Source: Perkinsus chesapeaki ATCC PRA-425
Taxonomy: Eukaryota; Protista; Perkinsozoa
Direction of reading: 5' to 3'
Length of the DNA stretch: 46,069 nt
Assembly: GCA_013115145.1 (NCBI GenBank)
Contig: JAAPAO010000259.1
Coordinates: 1-46,069 of the forward strand
Part shown: positions 44,561-46,069 of the stretch, piece by piece
Numbering within the stretch: position 1 is the stretch's first letter
How the letters are laid out: each line of letters begins with the position of its first letter
Position numbers and translations under genes: made by a program
The notes under the pieces: model-generated
Database searches by the model: none
Told to the model about the DNA's origin: nothing
Seen by the model: only the letters and a program-made list of their open reading frames with translations

Positions 44561-45150
44561 ACCACTGCCGAATACGCAGCAAAGTTCTAACACGCGATTT
44601 CACCACACTCCCGTTCACTCAAAGAAAAAAGTAAAAGCTGTGCAACTGTATACAAAACAACGTTAAAAAACTATTGTTCTATCTCCACGAGTCTACAAGT
44701 CAACCCGACTAGCGTACTCTTATATCCAAAAAACATTAAATTCTCCCAGCGGCAGTCGATTATGCGCATCGACCACCTACAAGATCCGAAACGCTGCATC
44801 CTGCAAGTATCCGCGAAAGCGCCGCCGTGCATTCGTATTGAAGAGCCGAAAGCCTATAGTATGCAGTTCTTACTCTAGTCTATGTCTTCGGCCTTTTATA
44901 TGAATGCTGATCTTCTCTGGAGTTTCCATTGAAACTTTGCAAGTTGTACAGTAGTACCAACCAGCTGTCACCCCAGGGACATTCTGACCTGCAGAAAATC
45001 AGCTTTTCTTCAAAAATGCCCAAACCACTTGTTAGGAAGTTTCCTCTTGAGATTCCTTACCAAATTATTATTGCGCGATTATAAAACCAAGGGTAAGTTG
45101 CAGAGATCGATCACAATAAATGTGCGAGTGCGAACATCAGATCTGAGTTA

Positions 45151-45900
45151 TCATTGATTCTCGTCATCGTGCGGATTAGCACCGGCTAGCTCGGTCAGGG
45201 AAGGTTGAGGTGCAATTCCACTGTGCTTTATTTTTTCGTTTAACACATGGGCCGGATCAACAGCTCGATTTTCATTTTTCCATCGATACTGAAACCCACC
45301 ATCGGTGCGGATTATCCGTTCCTGTCGAAGTTGATGCTTGGAAGGCAAATGGCTGATATCCGGTGCTGTAGGCCAATCCAAGTCCTCAGTGTAGTCAGCC
45401 AGTAGACCTGATTAAGATCAAACCATCCAGAAGCAGATTCCAAGAGCAGATGAGGTTTATCTTACTACTAGGAAATTGAGCACCTCCTAAAAAACTAGCT
45501 TACTATTATATCTTCTCACTAGAAGCAAATTTTGTTTAGTTTATTTTTGCAACTACGGATAATCTGAGAGAATGCGTCACAAGTGTCGTTTGGACTGGAA
45601 GATGGCAAGCTCATACAGATAATCGATCGGCCGATCTATTTGTGAGCGAATATTCTCACTTCCGAATTCCTCCTGTTCCCAGCGCCTTCTAGTGGCATTC
45701 TCCTTGTGACGGTGAGTTCCACAATGATCACGCGCCTGAAAATGCTCGGTATCTTAGCTCGAAGCGTGCAAGATACTAGATAGGTCAATACCTCAGATAC
45801 AAGCTTAAAATAGTCTTGGCACCATTCACAATGATATCTCCTCCATGTGCCAGCCTCCTTCACACGTATTCCCATATCCTTCAAATAATCGAGTCCATAC
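45151..45900 (-). CDS. U1/matrin-type C2H2 zinc-finger protein (5' end unresolved/off window)
   Basis: Spliced YHCEWCQDYFKLVSE|ARDHCGTHRHKEN gives C-x2-C-x12-H-x5-H. The last exon LLADYTEDLDWPTAPD..HDDENQ* ends at 45151. Confidence 0.65.
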
Positions 45901-46069
45901 CTACAGCAATATAAAGGGCGCTCGAAAGCTGTCGATTAGTATGCGAGAAAGGACGTACCGGCAAAGCACACAAACGATTGATACTGGGATGTGATCAAAT
46001 GTTATTATATAATGTTGTTCGATTGTCCTTTATTTTTACACTAGTAAAATGTTATTATATAATATTGTT

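Noticed and set aside
45997-46069. Duplicated aaatgttattatataat at the window end
   Set aside because: Short AT-rich duplication with no further structure; uninformative.

Overview
Intron-rich eukaryotic DNA with many 40-60 nt GT-AG introns. It is most likely from an alveolate protist of the genus Perkinsus; this is an inference from intron style and Cys-rich secreted modules. Genes recovered by manual splicing: a His-Me-finger-like conserved protein (-, 8.1-10 kb), a class IV PLP aminotransferase (-, 11.9-14.2 kb), a cluster of secreted Cys/Thr/Pro-rich proteins plus an S28 serine peptidase (15.4-27.8 kb), PP1 inhibitor-2 (+, 30180-32076), a Trm3/TARBP1 tRNA G18 2'-O-methyltransferase (+, 32505-42151), a U1/matrin-type zinc-finger gene and several hypothetical genes. 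The most unusual signal is a set of decayed RNA-derived inserts. These are a frameshifted toti-like dsRNA-virus RdRp relic with motifs A, B and C in order (~4725-5070), a 28S rRNA fragment carrying the I-PpoI/R2 target inside an intron, and seven tRNA relics. Six of those relics are intronic and five of them sit at splice sites; one 53-nt intron is entirely an antisense tRNA 3' half plus T6. Intergenic DNA is also enriched in near-zero-loop perfect palindromes and locally templated patchworks. No intact rRNA/tRNA gene or CRISPR array is supported. All family assignments come from motif recognition by eye and need database confirmation.
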